Shown here: positions 23,395 to 39,500 of the stretch, piece after piece
Position numbering within the stretch: position 1 is the stretch's first letter
Layout of the letters: every line of letters begins with the position of its first letter
Source of the DNA: Heterodontus francisci
Lineage: Eukaryota
DNA: 64,000 nt
Direction: 5' to 3'
Assembly: GCF_036365525.1 (NCBI RefSeq)
Contig: NC_090399.1
Location: 46,222,430 to 46,286,429, forward strand
Program-made: the position numbers and the translations under genes
Notes under the pieces: model-generated
Database searches by the model: none
What the model saw: only the letters and a program-made list of their open reading frames with translations
What the model was told of the DNA's origin: nothing

Positions 23395-23965
23395 TTCATA
23401 GGGACAGACGAACATCAGGAATAGGAGCAGGAGAAGGCCATTTGGCCCATCGAGTCTGCTCCACCAATCAATATGATCACGGCTGATCTTCCACCTCAAT
23501 GCCATCTTCCTGCAGTCTCCCATATCCCTTAATTCTCCAAAAGTCCATAAACCTCTGTCTTGAATATACTCAACAACTGAACATTCACAGTTCTCTGGGG
23601 TAGAGAATTCCAAAGATTCACAGCCCTTTGAATGAATAAATTTCTCCCCATGTCAGTTCCAATGGCCGACCCCTTATTCTGAGACTGTGACCCCGTGTTC
23701 TAGATTCCCCGGCCAGGGGGACATATTTTCTCAGCATCTACCCTGTCAAAGCTCTTAGAATGTTATATGTTTCACTGAGATCACCCTCATTCTTCTAAAC
23801 TCCAGGGAATATAGGCCCAGTCTACTCAATCTCTCCTATGGGACCATCCTCTCATCCCAGGAACCAGTCTAGTGAACCTTCTTTGCAGTCCCTCTAGGGT
23901 AAGTATGTCCCTCCTTTGGTCAGGAGACAAGACTGCACACAGTGCTCCAGGTGTGGACTCATCAG
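23395..23965 (-). mobile_element. CR1 LINE 3' fragment
   Basis: AGGAATAGGAGCAGGAGAAGGCCATT 3'-end type and a decayed CR1 ORF2 C-terminus on the minus strand. Confidence 0.8.
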
Positions 23966-23969
23966 CTTT

Positions 23970-24570
23970 TTAAATTCATTCTTGGGATGTGGGTGTCACT
24001 ACAAAGGCCAGTATTTGTTGCCCATCCCTATTTGCCCTTGGGGAGTTGTTGGTGAGCTGCCTTATTGAACCACTGCAATCCTTGGCTGTAGGTACACCCA
24101 CAGTGCTGTTAGGGAGTGAGCTCCAGGTTTCTGACCCAGCGACAGCGATATATTTCAAAGCCAGGATGATGTGTGACTTGGAAAGGAACTTGAAGGTGCA
24201 GGTGTTCCCATGCATCTGCTGCCCTTGTCCTTCTAGGTGGTCGAGATCGCAGGGTTGAAAGGTGCTGTCGAAGGAGACTTCGTAAGTTACAGCAGTGCAT
24301 CTTGTAGATGGTACACACAGCTGCCACTGTGCGTCAGTGGTGGAGGGAGTGAATGTTTAAGGTTGTGGATGGGGTGCTGATCAAACCGGTTGCTTTATCC
24401 TGGATGATGTTGAGCTTCATGAGTTATTGGAGCTGCTGCACCCATCCAGACAACTGGAGAGTATTCCATCACACTCCTGACTTGTGCCTTGTAGATGGTG
24501 GACAGGCTTTGGGGAGTCAGGAGGTGAGTTACTCAGCACAGAATTCCCAGCCTCTGACCTGCTCTTGTAG
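23970..24570 (-). mobile_element. L2-like LINE 3' fragment
   Basis: Similar to 19166-19760 (AAVCTIYKMHC, AWEHLHLQVP). Confidence 0.85.
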
Positions 24571-24599
24571 TCGGTGGTGGGAATGGTTGCGGATAAGAG

Positions 24600-27500
24600 C
24601 AATTCAAGAGGAATAGGGAGGCAGGGTACAGAATGGCGAGATACGGGGAGGCTGGAATAGAGAGATACGGGGGGAGAATAGAAAGCCATGGTGGGGGGGG
24701 GGGCAGGGAATAGAGAGACATGGGAGGAACAGAGAGACACAGAAGCAATAGAGAGAAATGGGGAGAACAAAGAGACCTGGGGGAAATAAAGAGACACAGG
24801 GGAAACAGAGACACAGGGGCAACACAGAGAGTCACAGGGGAAACAGAGAGAAACAGGGGAAACAAAATAAACACAGGGGAAACAGAGAGACACAGGGTAA
24901 ACAGAGACACAGGGGCAACACAGAGAGTCACAGGGGAAACAGAAAGAAACAGGGGCAACACAGAGAGAAACAGGGGAAACAGAGAGACACAGGGGCAACA
25001 CAGAGAGACACAGGGGAAACAGAGAGAACAGGGGAAACAAAATAAACAGAGGGGAAACAAAATAAACAGAGGGGAAACAGAGAGTCACAGTGTAAACAGT
25101 GAGACACAAGGGAAACAAAATAAACATAGGGGAAACAGTGACAAAGGGGCAACACAGGGTCACAGGGGAAACAGAATGAAACAGGGGAAATAAAATAAAC
25201 ACAAGGGAAACAGAGAGAATCACAGGGGAAACAGAGAGAATCACAGGAAAAACAGAGAGAATCATCGGGGAAACAGAGAGAATCACAGGGGGAACAGAGA
25301 GAATCACATGCGAAACAGAGAGAATCACAGGGGAAACAGAGCGAATCACAGGGAAACAGAGAGACTCAGGGGAAACAGAGAGAATCACATGGGAAACAGA
25401 GAGAATCACAGGGGAAACAGAGAGAATCACAGGGGAAACAGAGAGAATCACAGGGGAAACGGACAGAATCACAGGGGGAACACAGAGAATCACAGTGGAA
25501 ACAGAGAGAATCACAGGGGAAACAGAAGAATCACAGGGGAGACAGAGAGTCACAGGGTAAAGAGAGACACAGGGGAAACACAGAGAGTCAGAGGGGAAAC
25601 AGAGAGAAACAGGGGAAACAAAATAAACACAGGGGAAACTGAGAGTCACAGTGCAAACAGTGAGACACAGGGGAAAAAGAGAGAATCACAGAAGAAACAG
25701 AGAGAATCACAGGGGAAACAAAGAGACACAGGGGAAACAGAGAGAATCACAGGGGAAACAAAGAGACACAGGGGAAACAGAGAGAATCACAAGAGAAACA
25801 GAGAGAACCAGAGGGGAAACAAAGAGACACAGGGGAAACAAAGAGAATCACAGGGGAAACAGAAAGAAACTCATGGGAAACAGAGAGAATCACAGGGGAA
25901 ACAGAGAGAATCACAGGGGAAAGAGAGAGACTCACAGGGAAACAGAGAGACACAGGGGAAACAGAGAGAATCACAGGGGAAACAGAGAGAATCACGTGGG
26001 AAACAGAGAGAATCACAGGGGAAACAGAGAGAATCACATGGGAAACAGAGAGAATCACATGGGAAACAGAGAGAATCACAGGGGAAACAGAGAGAATCAC
26101 AGGGGAAACAGAAGAATCACAGGGGGGACAGAGAGTCACAGGGTAAAGAGAGACACAGGGGAAACACAGAGAGTCAGAGGGGAAACAGAGAGAAACAGGG
26201 GAAACAAAATAAACACAGGGGAAACTGAGAGTCACAGTGCAAACAGTGAGACACAGGGGAAAAAGAGAGAATCACAGAAGAAACAGAGAGAATCACAGGG
26301 GAAACAAAGAGACACAGGGGAAACAGAGAGAATCACAAGAGAAACAGAGAGAACCAGAGGGGAAACAAAGAGACACAGGGGAAACAAAGAGAATCACAGG
26401 GGAAACAGAAAGAAACTCATGGGAAACAGAGAGAATCACAGGGGAAACAGAGAGAATCACAGGGGAAAGAGAGAGAATCACAGGGAAACAGAGAGACACA
26501 GGGGAAACAGAGAGAATCACAGGGGAAACAGAGAGAATCACGTGGGAAACAGAGAGAATCACAGGGGAAACAGAGAGAATCACAGGGAAACAGAGAGAGA
26601 ATCACAGGGAAACAGAGAGACACAGGGGAAACAGAGAGAATCACAGGGGAAACAGAGAGAATCACGTGGGAAACAGAGAGAATCACAGGGGAAACAGAGA
26701 GAATCACGTGGGAAACAGAGAGAATCACATGGGAAACGGAGAGAATCACAGGGGAAACAGAGAGAAACACAGGGGAAAAACGGGGGAAACACAAGGGGTA
26801 CAGAGAGACAAAGGGGAAACAGAGAGAATCACATGGGAAACAGAGAGAATCACATGGGAAACAGAGAGAATCACAGGGGAAACAGAGAGAATCACAGGGG
26901 AAACAGAAGAATCACAGGGGGAACAGAGAGTCACAGGGTAAAGAGAGACACAGGGGAAACACAGAGAGTCAGAGGGGAAACAGAGAGAAACAGGGGAAAC
27001 AAAATAAACACAGGGGAAACTGAGAGTCACAGTGCAAACAGTGAGACACAGGGGAAAAAGAGAGAATCACAGAAGAAACAGAGAGAATCACAGGGGAAAC
27101 AAAGAGACACAGGGGAAACAGAGAGAATCACAAGAGAAACAGAGAGAACCAGAGGGGAAACAAAGAGACACAGGGGAAACAAAGAGAATCACAGGGGAAA
27201 CAGAAAGAAACTCATGGGAAACAGAGAGAATCACAGGGGAAACAGAGAGAATCACAGGGGAAAGAGAGAGAATCACAGGGAAACAGAGAGACACAGGGGA
27301 AACAGAGAGAATCACAGGGGAAACAGAGAGAATCACGTGGGAAACAGAGAGAATCACAGGGGAAACAGAGAGAATCACAGGGAAACAGAGAGAGAATCAC
27401 AGGGAAACAGAGAGACACAGGGGAAACAGAGAGAATCACAGGGGAAACAGAGAGAATCACGTGGGAAACAGAGAGAATCACAGGGGAAACAGAGAGAATC

Positions 27501-30500
27501 ACGTGGGAAACAGAGAGAATCACATGGGAAACAGAGAGAATCACAGGGGAAACAGAGAGAATCACGTGGGAAACAGAGAGAATCACGTGGGAAACAGAGA
27601 GAATCACAGGGGAAACAGAGAGAATCACGTGGGAAACAGAGAGAATCACATGGGAAACAGAGAGAATCACATGGGAAACAGAGAGAATCACAGGGGAAAC
27701 GGACAGAATCACAGGGGAAACAGAGAGAAACACAGGGGAAAAACGGGGGAAACACAAGGGGTACAGAGAGACAAAGGGGAAACAGAGAGTCACCGGGGGA
27801 ACAGTGAGACACAGGGGAAACAGTGAGAATCACAGGGGAAACAGAGAGTCACAGGGGAAACAGAGAGTTGCAGCGGAAACAGAGAGACACAGGGGAAACA
27901 GAATCACAGGGGACACAGAGAGAATCACAGGTGAAACAGAGAGAATCACAGGGGAAACAGACAGTCATAGGGGAAACACAGAGACACAGGGGAAATGGAG
28001 AGACACAGGGGAAACAGACAGTCACACAGGAAACACAGAGACACAGTGGAAACAGAGAGTCACAGCGGAAACAAAGAGACACAGGGGAAACAGAGAGACA
28101 CAGGAGAAACACAGGGGAAACAGAGAGACACAGGGTAAACAGGGAGACACAGGGGAAACAGAGAGTCGCAGGGGAAACAGAGAGACACAGGGGAAACAGA
28201 CAGTTGCAGGGGAAACAGACAGAGGCAGGCGAATTGGAGAGACACAAGCGAACAGAGAGACACAGGCGAAACTGAGAAACACAGGGAAAACAGAGAGACA
28301 CAGGGAAACAGAGAGAATCACAAGGGAAACAAAATAAATACAGGGGAAACAGAGAGACACGGGGAAAGAGAGAAACACAAGGGAAACAGAGAGATACAGC
28401 GGAAACAACGAGGCACAGGGGAAAAAGAGAAAAACAGGGGAAACACAGGGGAAACACAGGGGGTACGGAGAGACACAGGGGAAACAGAGAGACACAGCAG
28501 CAACACAGGGAAACAGAGAGACACACGGTAAACAGAGACACAGGGGCAACACAGAGAGTCACAGGGGAAACAGAAAGAAACAGGGGCAACACAGAGAGAA
28601 ACAGGGGAAACAGAGAGACACAGGGGCAACACAGAGAGACACAGGGGAAACAGAGAGAACAAGGGAAACAAAATAAACAGAGGGGAAACAAAATAAACAG
28701 AGGGGAAACAGAGAGTCACAGTGTAAACAGTGAGACACAAGGGAAACAAAATAAACATAGGGGAAACAGTGACAAAGGGGCAACACAGGGTCACAGGGGA
28801 AACAGAATGAAACAGGGGAAATAAAATAAACACAAGGGAAACAGAGAGAATCACAGGGGAAACAGAGAGAATCACAGGAAAAACAGAGAGAATCATCGGG
28901 GAAACAGAGAGAATCACAGGGGGAACAGAGAGAATCACAGGGGAACAGAGAGAATCACAGGGGAAACAAAGAGACACAGGGGAAACAGAGAGAATCACAG
29001 GGGGAACAGAGAGAATCACATGCGAAACAGAGAGAATCAGAGGGGAAACAGAGCGAATCACAGGGAAACAGAGAGACTCAGGGGAAACAGAGAGAATCAC
29101 AGGGGAAACAGAGAGAATCACAGGGGAAACAGAGAGAATCACAGGGGGAACAGAGAGAATCACATGCGAAACAGAGAGAATCAGAGGGGAAACAGAGCGA
29201 ATCACAGGGAAACAGAGAGACTCAGGGGAAACAGAGAGAATCACAGGGGAAACAGAGAGAATCACATGGGAAACAGAGAGAATCACAGGGGAAACGGACA
29301 GAATCACAGGGGAAACAGAGAGAATCACAGTGGAAACAGAGAGAATCACAGGGGAAACAGAGAGAATCACATGGGAAACAGAGAGAAACACAGGGGAAAC
29401 GGACAGAATCACAGGGGAAACAGAGAGAATCACAGTGGAAACAGAGAGAATCACAGGGGAAACAGAAGAATCACAGGGGAGACAGAGAGTCACAGGGTAA
29501 AGAGAGACACAGGGGAAACACAGAGAGTCAGAGGGGAAACAGAGAGAAACAGGGGAAACAAAATAAACACAGGGGAAACTGAGAGTCACAGTGCAAACAG
29601 TGAGACACAGGGGAAAAAGAGAGAATCACAGAAGAAACAGAGAGAATCACAGGGGAAACAAAGAGACACAGGGGAAACAGAGAGAATCACAAGAGAAACA
29701 GAGAGAACCAGAGGGGAAACAAAGAGACACAGGGGAAACAAAGAGAATCACAGGGGAAACAGAAAGAAACTCATGGGAAACAGAGAGAATCACAGGGGAA
29801 ACAGAGAGAATCACAGGGGAAACAGAGAGAATCACAGGGAAACAGAGAGACACAGGGGAAACAGAGAGAATCACAGGGGAAACAGAGAGAATCACGTGGG
29901 AAACAGAGAGAATCACAGGGGAAACAGAGAGAATCACAGGGAAACAGAGAGACACAGGGGAAACAGAGAGAATCACAGGGGAAACAGAGAGAATCACGTG
30001 GGAAACAGAGAGAATCACAGGGGAAACAGAGAGAATCACAGGGAAACAGAGAGACACAGGGGAAACAGAGAGAATCACAGGGGAAACAGAGAGAATCACA
30101 GGGGAAACAGAGAGAATCACAGGGAAACAGAGAGACACAGGGGAAACAGAGAGAATCACAGGGGAAACAGAGAGAATCACGTGGGAAACAGAGAGAATCA
30201 CAGGGGAAACAGAGAGAATCACATGGGAAACAGAGAGAATCACAGGGGAAACGGACAGAATCACAGGGGAAACAGAGAGAAACACAGGGGAAAAACGGGG
30301 GAAACACAAGGGGTACAGAGAGACAAAGGGGAAACAGAGAGTCACAGGGGAAACAGTGAGACACAGGGGAAACAGTGAGAATCACAGGGGAAACAGAGAG
30401 TCACGGGGAAACAGAGAGTTGCAGCGGAAACAGAGAGACACAGGGGAAACAGAATCACAGGGGACACAGAGAGAATCACAGGTGAAACAGAGAGAATCAC

Positions 30501-33500
30501 AGGGGAAACAGACAGTCATAGGGGAAACACAGAGACACAGGGGAAATGGAGAGACACAGGGGAAACAGACAGTCACACAGGAAACACAGAGACACAGTGG
30601 AAACAGAGAGTCACAGCGGAAACAAAGAGACACAGGGGAAACAGAGAGACACAGGAGAAACACAGGGGAAACAGAGAGACACAGGGTAAACAGGGAGACA
30701 CAGGGGAAACAGAGAGTCGCAGGGGAAACAGAGAGACACAGGGGAAACAGACAGTTGCAGGGGAAACAGACAGAGGCAGGCGAATTGGAGAGACACAAGC
30801 GAACAGAGAGACACAGGCGAAACTGAGAAACACAGGGAAAACAGAGAGACACAGGGAAACAGAGAGAATCACAAGGGAAACAAAATAAATACAGGGGAAA
30901 CAGAGAGACACGGGGAAAGAGAGAAACACAAGGGAAACAGAGAGATACAGCGGAAACAACGAGGCACAGGGGAAAAAGAGAAAAACAGGGGAAACACGGG
31001 GGAAACACAGGGGGTACGGAGAGACACAGGGGAAACAGAGAGACACAGCAGCAACACAGGGAAACAGAGAGACACACGGTAAACAGAGACACAGGGGCAA
31101 CACAGAGAGTCACAGGGGAAACAGAAAGAAACAGGGGCAACACAGAGAGAAACAGGGGAAACAGAGAGACACAGGGGCAACACAGAGAGAACAGGGGAAA
31201 CAAAATAAACAGAGGGGAAACAAAATAAACAGAGGGGAAACAGAGAGTCACAGTGTAAACAGTGAGACACAAGGGAAACAAAATAAACATAGGGGAAACA
31301 GTGACAAAGGGGCAACACAGGGTCACAGGGGAAACAGAATGAAACAGGGGAAATAAAATAAACACAAGGGAAACAGAGAGAATCACAGGGGAAACAGAGA
31401 GAATCACAGGAAAAACAGAGAGAATCATCGGGGAAACAGAGAGAATCACAGGGGGAACAGAGAGAATCACATGCGAAACAGAGAGAATCACAGGGGAAAC
31501 AAAGAGACACAGGGGAAACAGAGAGAATCACAAGAGAAACAGAGAGAACCAGAGGGGAAACAAAGAGACACAGGGGAAACAAAGAGAATCACAGGGGAAA
31601 CAGAAAGAAACTCATGGGAAACAGAGAGAATCACAGGGGAAACAGAGAGAATCACAGGGGAAACAGAGAGAATCACAGGGAGACAGAGAGACACAGGGGA
31701 AACAGAGAGAATTACAGGGGAAACAGAGAGAATCACGTGGGAAACAGAGAGAATCACAGGGAAACAGAGAGAATCACAGGGGAAACAGAGAGAATCACAG
31801 GGGAAACAGAGAGAATCACAGGGAAACAGAGAGACACAGGGGAAACAGAGAGAATCACAGGGGAAACAGAGAGAATCACAGGGGAAACGGACAGAATCAC
31901 ATGGGAAACAGAGAGAATCACAGGGGAAACGGACAGAATCACAGGGGAAACAGAGAGAAACACAGGGGAAAAACGGGGGAAACACAAGGGGTACAGAGAG
32001 ACAAAGGGAAAACAGAGAGTCACAGGGGAAACAGTGAAACACAGGGGAAACAGTGAGAATCACAGGGGAAACAGAGAGTCACAGGGGAAACAGAGAGTTG
32101 CAGCGGAAACAGAGAGACACAGGGGAAACAGAATCACAGGGGACACAGAGAGAATCACAGGTGAAACAGAGAGAATCACAGGGGAAACAGACAGTCATAG
32201 GGGAAACACAGAGACACAGGGGAAATGGAGAGACACAGGGGAAACAGACAGTCACACAGGAAACACAGAGACACAGTGGAAACAGAGAGTCACAGCGGAA
32301 ACAAAGAGACACAGGGGAAACACAGGGGAAACAGAGAGACACAGGGTAAACAGGGAGACACAGGGGAAACAGAGAGTCGCAGGGGAAACAGAGAGACACA
32401 GGGGAAACAGACAGTTGCAGGGGAAATGGAGAGACACAAGCGAACAGAGAGACACAGGCGAAACTGAGAAACACAGGGAAAACAGAGAGACACAGGGAAA
32501 CAGAGAGAATCACAAGGGAAACAAAATAAATACAGGGGAAACAGAGAGACACGGGGAAAGAGAGAAACACAAGGGAAACAGAGAGATACAGCGGAAACAA
32601 CGAGGCACAGGGGAAAAAGAGAGAAACAGGGGAAACACAGGGGAAACACAGGGGGTACGGAGAGACACAGGGGAAACAGAGAGACACAGCAGCAACACAG
32701 GGAAACAGAGAGACACACGGTAAACAGAGACACAGGGGAAACAGTGAGACACAGGGGAAACAGACAGTCACAGGGGAAAAAGACAGACACTTGGGAAACA
32801 GAGAAAAACAGGGGAAACACAGGGGAAACAGAGTCACAGGGGAGAAAGGGAGACACAGGGGAAACAGAGAGATACAGGGGAAAAAGAGGGGAAACAGAGA
32901 GACACAGGGGAAACAAAAAGTCACTGGGGAAACAGAGAGACACAGGGGAAACAGTGAGACACAGGGGAAGCAGAGAGACACAGGGGAAGCAGAGAGACAC
33001 AGGGGAAACACAGAGACACAGGGGAAATGGAGAGACACAGGGGAAACAGACAGTCACACAGGAAACACAGAGACACAGTGGAAACTGAGAGTCACAGCGG
33101 AAACAAAGAGACACAGGGGTAACAGAGAGACACAGGAGAAACACAGGGGAAACAGAGAGACACAGGGTAAACAGGGAGACACAGGGGAAACAGAGAGTCG
33201 CAGGGGAAACAGAGAGACACAGGGGAAACAGACAGTTGCAGGGGAAACAGACAGAGGCAGGCGAATTGGAGAGACACAGGCGAACAGAGAGACACAGGCG
33301 AAACTGAGAAACACAGGGAAAACAGAGAGACACAGGGAAACAGAGAGAATCACAAGGGAAACAAAATAAATACAGGGGAAACAGAGAGACACGGGGAAAG
33401 AGAGAAACACAAGGGAAACAGAGAGATACAGCGGAAACAACGAGGCACAGGGGAAAAAGAGAAAAACAGGGGAAACACAGGGGAAACACAGGGGAAACAC

Positions 33501-36500
33501 AGGGGGTACGGAGAGACACAGGGGAAACAGAGAGACACAGCAGCAACACAGGGAAACAGAGAGACACACGGTAAACAGAGACACAGGGGAAACAGTGAGA
33601 CACAGGGGAAACAGACAGTCACAGTGGAAAAAGACAGACACTTGGGAAACAGAGAAAAACAGGGGAAACACAGGGGAAACAGAGAGACACAGGGGAAACA
33701 GAGTCACAGGGGAGAAAGGGAGACACAGGGGAAACAGAGAGATACAGGGGAAAAAGATGGGAAACAGAGAGACACAGGGGAAACAAAAAGTCACTGGGGA
33801 AACAGAGAGACACAGGGGAAACAGTGAGACACAGGGGAAGCAGAGAGACACAGGGGAAGCAGAGAGACACAGGGGAAACAGTGAGACACAGGGGAAACAG
33901 AGAGAATCACAGGGGAAACAGTGAGACACAGGGGAAATAGTGAGAATCACAGGGGAAACAGAGAGAATCACAGGGGATACAGAGAGAATCACAGGGGATA
34001 CAGAGAGAATCACAGGGGAAACAGACAGTCATAGGGGAAACACAGAGACACAGGGGAAATGGAGAAACACAGGGGAAACACAGGGGCAACAGAGAGACAC
34101 AGGGGAAACAGACAGTCACACAGGAAACACAGAGACACAGGGAAACAGAGAAAAACAGGGGAAACACAGGGGAAAAACAGGGGAAACACAGGGGGTACAG
34201 AGAGACAAAGGGGAAACAGAGAGCCACAGGGGAAGCAGAGAGACACAGGGGAAGCAGAGAGACACAGGGGAAACAGTGAGACACAGGGGAAACAGAGAGA
34301 ATCACAGGGGATACAGAGAGAATCACAGGTGAAACAGAGAGAATCACAGGGGAAACAGACAGTCATAGGGGAAACACAGAGACACAGGGGAAATGGAGAA
34401 ACACAGGGGAAACACAGGGGCAACAGAGAGACACAGGGGAAACAGACAGTCACACACGAAACACAGAGACACAGTGGAAACAGAGATTCACAGGGGAAAC
34501 AGGCAGTCACAGTGGAAACAGAGATTCACAGGGGAAACAGAGAGACACAGGGGAAACAGAGAGTCACAGGAGAAACACAGGGGAAACAGAGAGACACAGG
34601 GTAAACAGGGAGACACAGGGGAAACAGAGAGTCGCGGGGGAAACAGAGAGTTGCAGCGGAAACAGAGAGACACAGGGGAAACAGAGAGAATCACAGGGGA
34701 TACAGAGAGAATCACAGGTGAAACAGAGAGAATCACAGGGGAAACAGACAGTCATAGGGGAAACACAGAGACACAGGGGAAATGGAGAAACACAGGGGAA
34801 ACACAGGGGCAACAGAGAGACACAGGGGAAACAGACAGTCACACAGGAAACACAGAGACACAGTGGAAACAGAGATTCACAGGGGAAACAGGCAGTCACA
34901 GTGGAAACAGAGATTCACAGGGGAAACAGAGAGACACAAGGGAAACAGAGAGTCACAGCGGAAACAAAGAGACACAGGGGAAACAGAGAGACACAGGCGA
35001 AACACAGGGGAAACAGAGAGACACAGGGTAAACAGGGAGACACAGGGGAATCAGAGAGTCGCAGGGGAAACAGAGAGACACAGGGGAAACAGACAGTTGC
35101 AGGGGAAACAGACAGAGGCAGGCAAATTGGAGAGACACAGGCGAACAGAGAGACACAGGCGAAACTGAGAGACACAGGTGAAACAGAGAGACACAGGAGA
35201 AACACAGGGGAAACAGAGAGACACAGGGGAAGCAGAGAGACACAGAGCAAAGAGAGAGACACAGGGGAAACAGACAGTCACAGGGGAAACACAGAGACAC
35301 TTGGGAAACAGAGAAAAACAGGAGAATCACAGGGGAAACAGAGAGACACAGGGGAAACAGAGCGTCACAGGGGAAACAGAGAGACACAGCGGAAACACAG
35401 GGAAAACAGAGAGACACAGGGAAACAGAGAGAATCACAAGGGAAACAAAATAAATACAGGGGAAACAGAGAGACACGGGGAAAGAGAGAAACACAGGGGA
35501 AAGAGAGAGAAATAAGGGACAGAGAGAGAAATAGGGCAAACAGAGTCACAGGGGAAACAGAGAGAAATAGCGGAAAGAGAGGGACACAGGGGAAACAGAG
35601 AGAGACAAAGGGAAAACAGAGGAACACAGGGGAAAAGAGAGACGCAGGGGAAAGAGAGAAACAGGGGAAAAAGAGAAACACAGGGGAAACAGATAGTTGC
35701 AGAGGAAACAGAGAGACAAAGGGGAAACAGAGAGCCACAGGGGAAGCAGAGAGACACAGGGGAAGCAGAGAGACACAGGGGAAACAGTGAGACACAGGGG
35801 AAACAGTGAGAATCACAGGGGAAACAGAGAGTCACAGGGGAAACAGAGAGTTGCAGCGGAAACAGAGAGACACAGGGGAAACACAGGGGAAACAGAGAGA
35901 CACAGGGGAAACAGAGTCACAGGGGAGAAAGGGAGACACAGGGGAAACAGAGAGATACAGGGGAAAAAGAGGGGAAACAGAGAGACACAGGGGAAACAAA
36001 AAGTCACTGGGGAAACAGAGAGACACAGGGGAAACAGTGAGACACAGGGGAAGCAGAGAGACACAGGGGAAGCAGAGAGACACAGGGGAAGCAGAGAGAC
36101 ACAGGGGAAACAGTGAGACACAGGGGAAACAGAGAGAATCACAGGGGAAACAGTGAGACACAGGGGAAATAGTGAGAATCACAGGGGAAACAGAGAGTCA
36201 CAGGGGAAAAAGAGAGAATCACAGGGGATACAGAGAGAATCACAGGGGATACAGAGAGAATCACAGGGGAAACAGACAGTCATAGGGGAAACACAGAGAC
36301 ACAGGGGAAATGGAGAAACACAGGGGAAACACAGGGGCAACAGAGAGACACAGGGGAAACAGACAGTCACACAGGAAACACAGAGACACAGGGAAACAGA
36401 GAAAAACAGGGGAAACACAGGGGAAAAACAGGGGAAACACAGGGGGTACAGAGAGACAAAGGGGAAACAGAGAGACACAGGGGAAGCAGAGAGACACAGG

Positions 36501-39500
36501 GGAAACAGTGAGACACAGGGGAAACAGTGAGAATCACAGGGGAAACAGAGAGTCACAGGGGAAACAGAGAGTTGCAGCGGAAACAGAGAGACACAGGGGA
36601 AACAGAGAGAATCACAGGGGATACAGAGAGAATCACAGGTGAAACAGAGAGAATCACAGGGGAAACAGACAGTCATAGGGGAAACACAGAGACACAGGGG
36701 AAATGGAGAAACACAGGGGAAACACAGGGGCAACAGAGAGACACAGGGGAAACAGACAGTCACACAGGAAACACAGAGACACAGGGAAACAGAGAAAAAC
36801 AGGGGAAACACAGGGGAAAAACAGGGGAAACACAGGGGGTACAGAGAGACAAAGGGGAAACAGAGAGACACAGGGGAAGCAGAGAGACACAGGGGAAACA
36901 GTGAGACACAGGGGAAACAGTGAGAATCACAGGGGAAACAGAGAGTCACAGGGGAAACAGAGAGTTGCAGCGGAAACAGAGAGACACAGGGGAAACAGAG
37001 AGAATCACAGGGGATACAGAGAGAATCAAGGGTGAAACAGAGAGAATCACAGGGGAAGCAGACAGTCATAGGGGAAACACAGAGACACAGGGGAAATGGA
37101 GAAACACAGGGGAAACACAGGGGCAACAGAGAGACACAGGGGAAACAGACAGTCACACAGGAAACACAGAGACACAGTGGAAACAGAGATTCACAGGGGA
37201 AACAGACAGTCACAGTGGAAACAGAGATTCACAGGGGAAACAGAGAGACACAGGGGAAACAGAGAGTCACAGGAGAAACACAGGGGAAGCAGAGAGACAC
37301 AGGGTAAACAGGGAGACACAGGGGAAACAGAGAGTCGCAGGGGAAACAGAGAGTTGCAGCGGAAACAGAGAGACACAGGGGAAACAGAGAGAATCACAGG
37401 GGATACAGAGAGAATCACAGGGGATACAGAGAGAATCACAGGGGAAACAGACAGTCATAGGGGCAACAGAGAGACACAGGGGAAACAGACAGTCACACAG
37501 GAAACACAGAGACACAGGGAAACAGAGAAAAACAGGGGAAACACAGGGGAAAAACAGGGGAAACACAGGGGGTACAGAGAGACAAAGGGGAAACAGAGAG
37601 CCACAGGGGAAGCAGAGAGACACAGGGGAAGCAGAGAGACACAGGGGAAACAGTGAGACACAGGGGAAACAGTGAGAATCACAGGGGAAACAGAGAGTCA
37701 CAGGGGAAACAGAGAGTTGCAGCGGAAACAGAGAGACACAGGGGAAACAGAGAGAATCACAGGGGATACAGAGAGAATCACAGGTGAAACAGAGAGAATC
37801 ACAGGGGAAACAGACAGTCATAGGGGAAACACAGAGACACAGGGGAAATGGAGAAACACAGGGGAAACACAGGGGCAACAGAGAGACACAGGGGAAACAG
37901 ACAGTCACACACGAAACACAGAGACACAGTGGAAACAGAGATTCACAGGGGAAACAGGCAGTCACAGTGGAAACAGAGATTCACAGGGGAAACAGAGAGA
38001 CACAGGGGAAACAGAGAGTCACAGCGGAAACAAAGAGACACAGGGGAAACAGAGAGACACAGGCGAAACACAGGGGAAACAGAGAGACACAGGGTAAACA
38101 GGGAGACACAGGGGAATCAGAGAGTCGCAGGGGAAACAGAGAGACACAGGGGAAACAGACAGTTGCAGGGGAAACAGACAGAGGCAGGCGAATTGGAGAG
38201 ACACAGGCGAACAGAGAGACACAGGCGAAACTGAGAGACACAGGTGAAACAGAGAGGCACAGGAGAAACACAGGGGAAACAGAGAGACACAGGGGAAGCA
38301 GAGAGACACAGAGCAAAGAGAGAGACACAGGGGAAACAGACAGTCACAGGGGAAACACAGAGACACTTGGGAAACAGAGAAAAACAGGAGAATCACAGGG
38401 GAAACAGAGAGACACAGGGGAAACAGAGCGTCACAGGGGAAACAGAGAGACACAGCGGAAACACAGGGAAAACAGAGAGACACAGGGAAACAGAGAGAAT
38501 CACAAGGGAAACAAAATAAATACAGGGGAAACAGAGAGACACGGGGAAAGAGAGAAACACAGGGGAAAGAGAGAGAAATAAGGGACAGAGAGAGAAATAG
38601 GGCAAACAGAGTCACAGGGGAAACAGAGAGAAATAGCGGAAAGAGAGGGACACAGGGGAAACAGAGAGAATCAAAGGGGAAACAGAGAGAGACAAAGGGA
38701 AAACAGAGGAACACAGGGGAAAAGAGAGACGCAGGGGAAAGAGAGAAACAGGGGAAAAAGAGAAACACAGGGGAAACAGATAGTTGCAGAGGAAACAGAG
38801 AGACAAAGGGGAAACAGAGAGCCACAGGGGAAGCAGAGAGACACAGGGGAAACAGAGAGACACAGGGGAAGCAGAGAGACACAGAGCAAAGAGAGAGACA
38901 CAGGGGAAACAGACAGTCACGGGGAAACACAGAGACACAGGGGAAATGGAGAAACACAGGGGAAACACAGGGGCAACAGAGAGACACAGGGGAAACAGAC
39001 AGTCACACAGGAAACACAGAGACACAGTGGAAACAGAGATTCACAGGGGAAACAGGCAGTCACAGTGGAAACAGAGATTCACAGGGGAAACAGAGAGACA
39101 CAGGGGAAACAGAGAGTCACAGCGGAAACAAAGAGACACAGGGGAAACAGAGAGACACAGGCGAAACACAGGGGAAACAGAGAGACACAGGGTAAACAGG
39201 GAGACACAGGGGAATCAGAGAGTCGCAGGGGAAACAGAGAGACACAGGGGAAACAGACAGTTGCAGAGGAAACAGACAGAGGCAGGCAAATTGGAGAGAC
39301 ACAGGCGAACAGAGGGACACAGGCGAAACTGAGAGACACAGGTGAAACAGAGAGACACAGGAGAAACACAGGGGAAACAGAGAGACACAGGGGAAGCAGA
39401 GAGACACAGAGCAAAGAGAGAGACACAGGGGAAACAGACAGTCACAGGGGAAACACAGAGACACTTGGGAAACAGAGAAAAACAGGAGAATCACAGGGGA